From positions 1-35,869 of IMG/VR virus record IMGVR_UViG_3300033076_001224: a stretch of 35,869 nt of DNA, one strand, 5' to 3'. Source of the stretch: a virus (Duplodnaviria; Caudoviricetes). The notes beneath the pieces were generated by a model that saw only the letters and a program-made list of their open reading frames with translations, was not told where the DNA came from and searched no databases. The position numbers were made by a program, and so were the translations under genes. Positions 35,504-35,869 of this stretch are shown piece by piece (positions within the stretch are counted from its first letter, which is position 1; each line of letters begins with the position of its first letter).

Positions 35504-35842
35504 CTACTGCTTGAGTTTTCTCAGGTATTGAATCGCTTCGCCCGTGGTGGTGTGGCTATTCACGAAGCCGAAAGCAATCCGTCCGCCTGGCTCAAACTCA
35601 ACGTCCGCCTGAATTCCTCCGTCGCGGAATTCCGCCGTGATTCCGCCGTCAGTCAGTGGCGATAGCTGCATCTTGCTGAGCCACTCGACCGGCACGCTGT
35701 CCACCAATTTACGCACCCCGTCGATAGCGTCTTGAGCGACCTTTTTAGCTCGGCGACCGTCCCAGCCTTCCGCAAGATTAGCAAGCTCATCAAGCCTGGC
35801 GAGGTGCTTTTGTTGCTGCGATTCTAGCTCCGCTCCGCCCAT
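35504..35842 (-). CDS. Hypothetical protein (WDG...P..DGG type)
   Basis: AGGAG RBS; EGWDG and SPLTDGGITAEF motifs. Confidence 0.6.
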   Translation of the reverse strand: MGGAELESQQQKHLARLDELANLAEGWDGRRAKKVAQDAIDGVRKLVDSVPVEWLSKMQLSPLTDGGITAEFRDGGIQADVEFEPGGRIAFGFVNSHTTTGEAIQYLRKLKQ

Positions 35843-35869
35843 GCCATGCTCCTTGAATTTGCACTCTTG

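Overview
The window is part of a tailed (siphovirus-like, HK97-fold) phage or prophage genome, with essentially all real genes on the minus strand. In transcription order (right to left) it holds: small Zn-finger and hypothetical genes; six tandem membrane-anchored coiled-coil genes; a cassette of a papain-like protease, two exported CxxCH cytochrome-c-like proteins and a small exported repeat protein; a degenerate RimI-like GNAT; a sigma70-family factor; a portal-MuF fusion; putative adhesin/fibre genes (LamG-like, CBM5/12-like, repeat fibre); a small-gene island with two sigma70 promoters; prohead protease, major capsid and neck genes; an HTH-metallophosphoesterase; tail tube; frameshifted tail chaperones; and a >1400-aa tape-measure-like protein that runs off the left edge and is missing from the ORF track. 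No terminase, endolysin, integrase, tRNA or CRISPR was recognised. A Planctomycetota host is inferred from the cytochrome and GNAT types and is unverified. The most notable observations are the phage-borne heme/protease cassette, a dispersed GTCAAA-NN-TTTGAC palindrome family found near terminator hairpins that sit in front of structural genes, and a tape measure split into cargo-like blocks by [FY]AxGG motifs. All calls come from manual motif recognition; no database searches were run.
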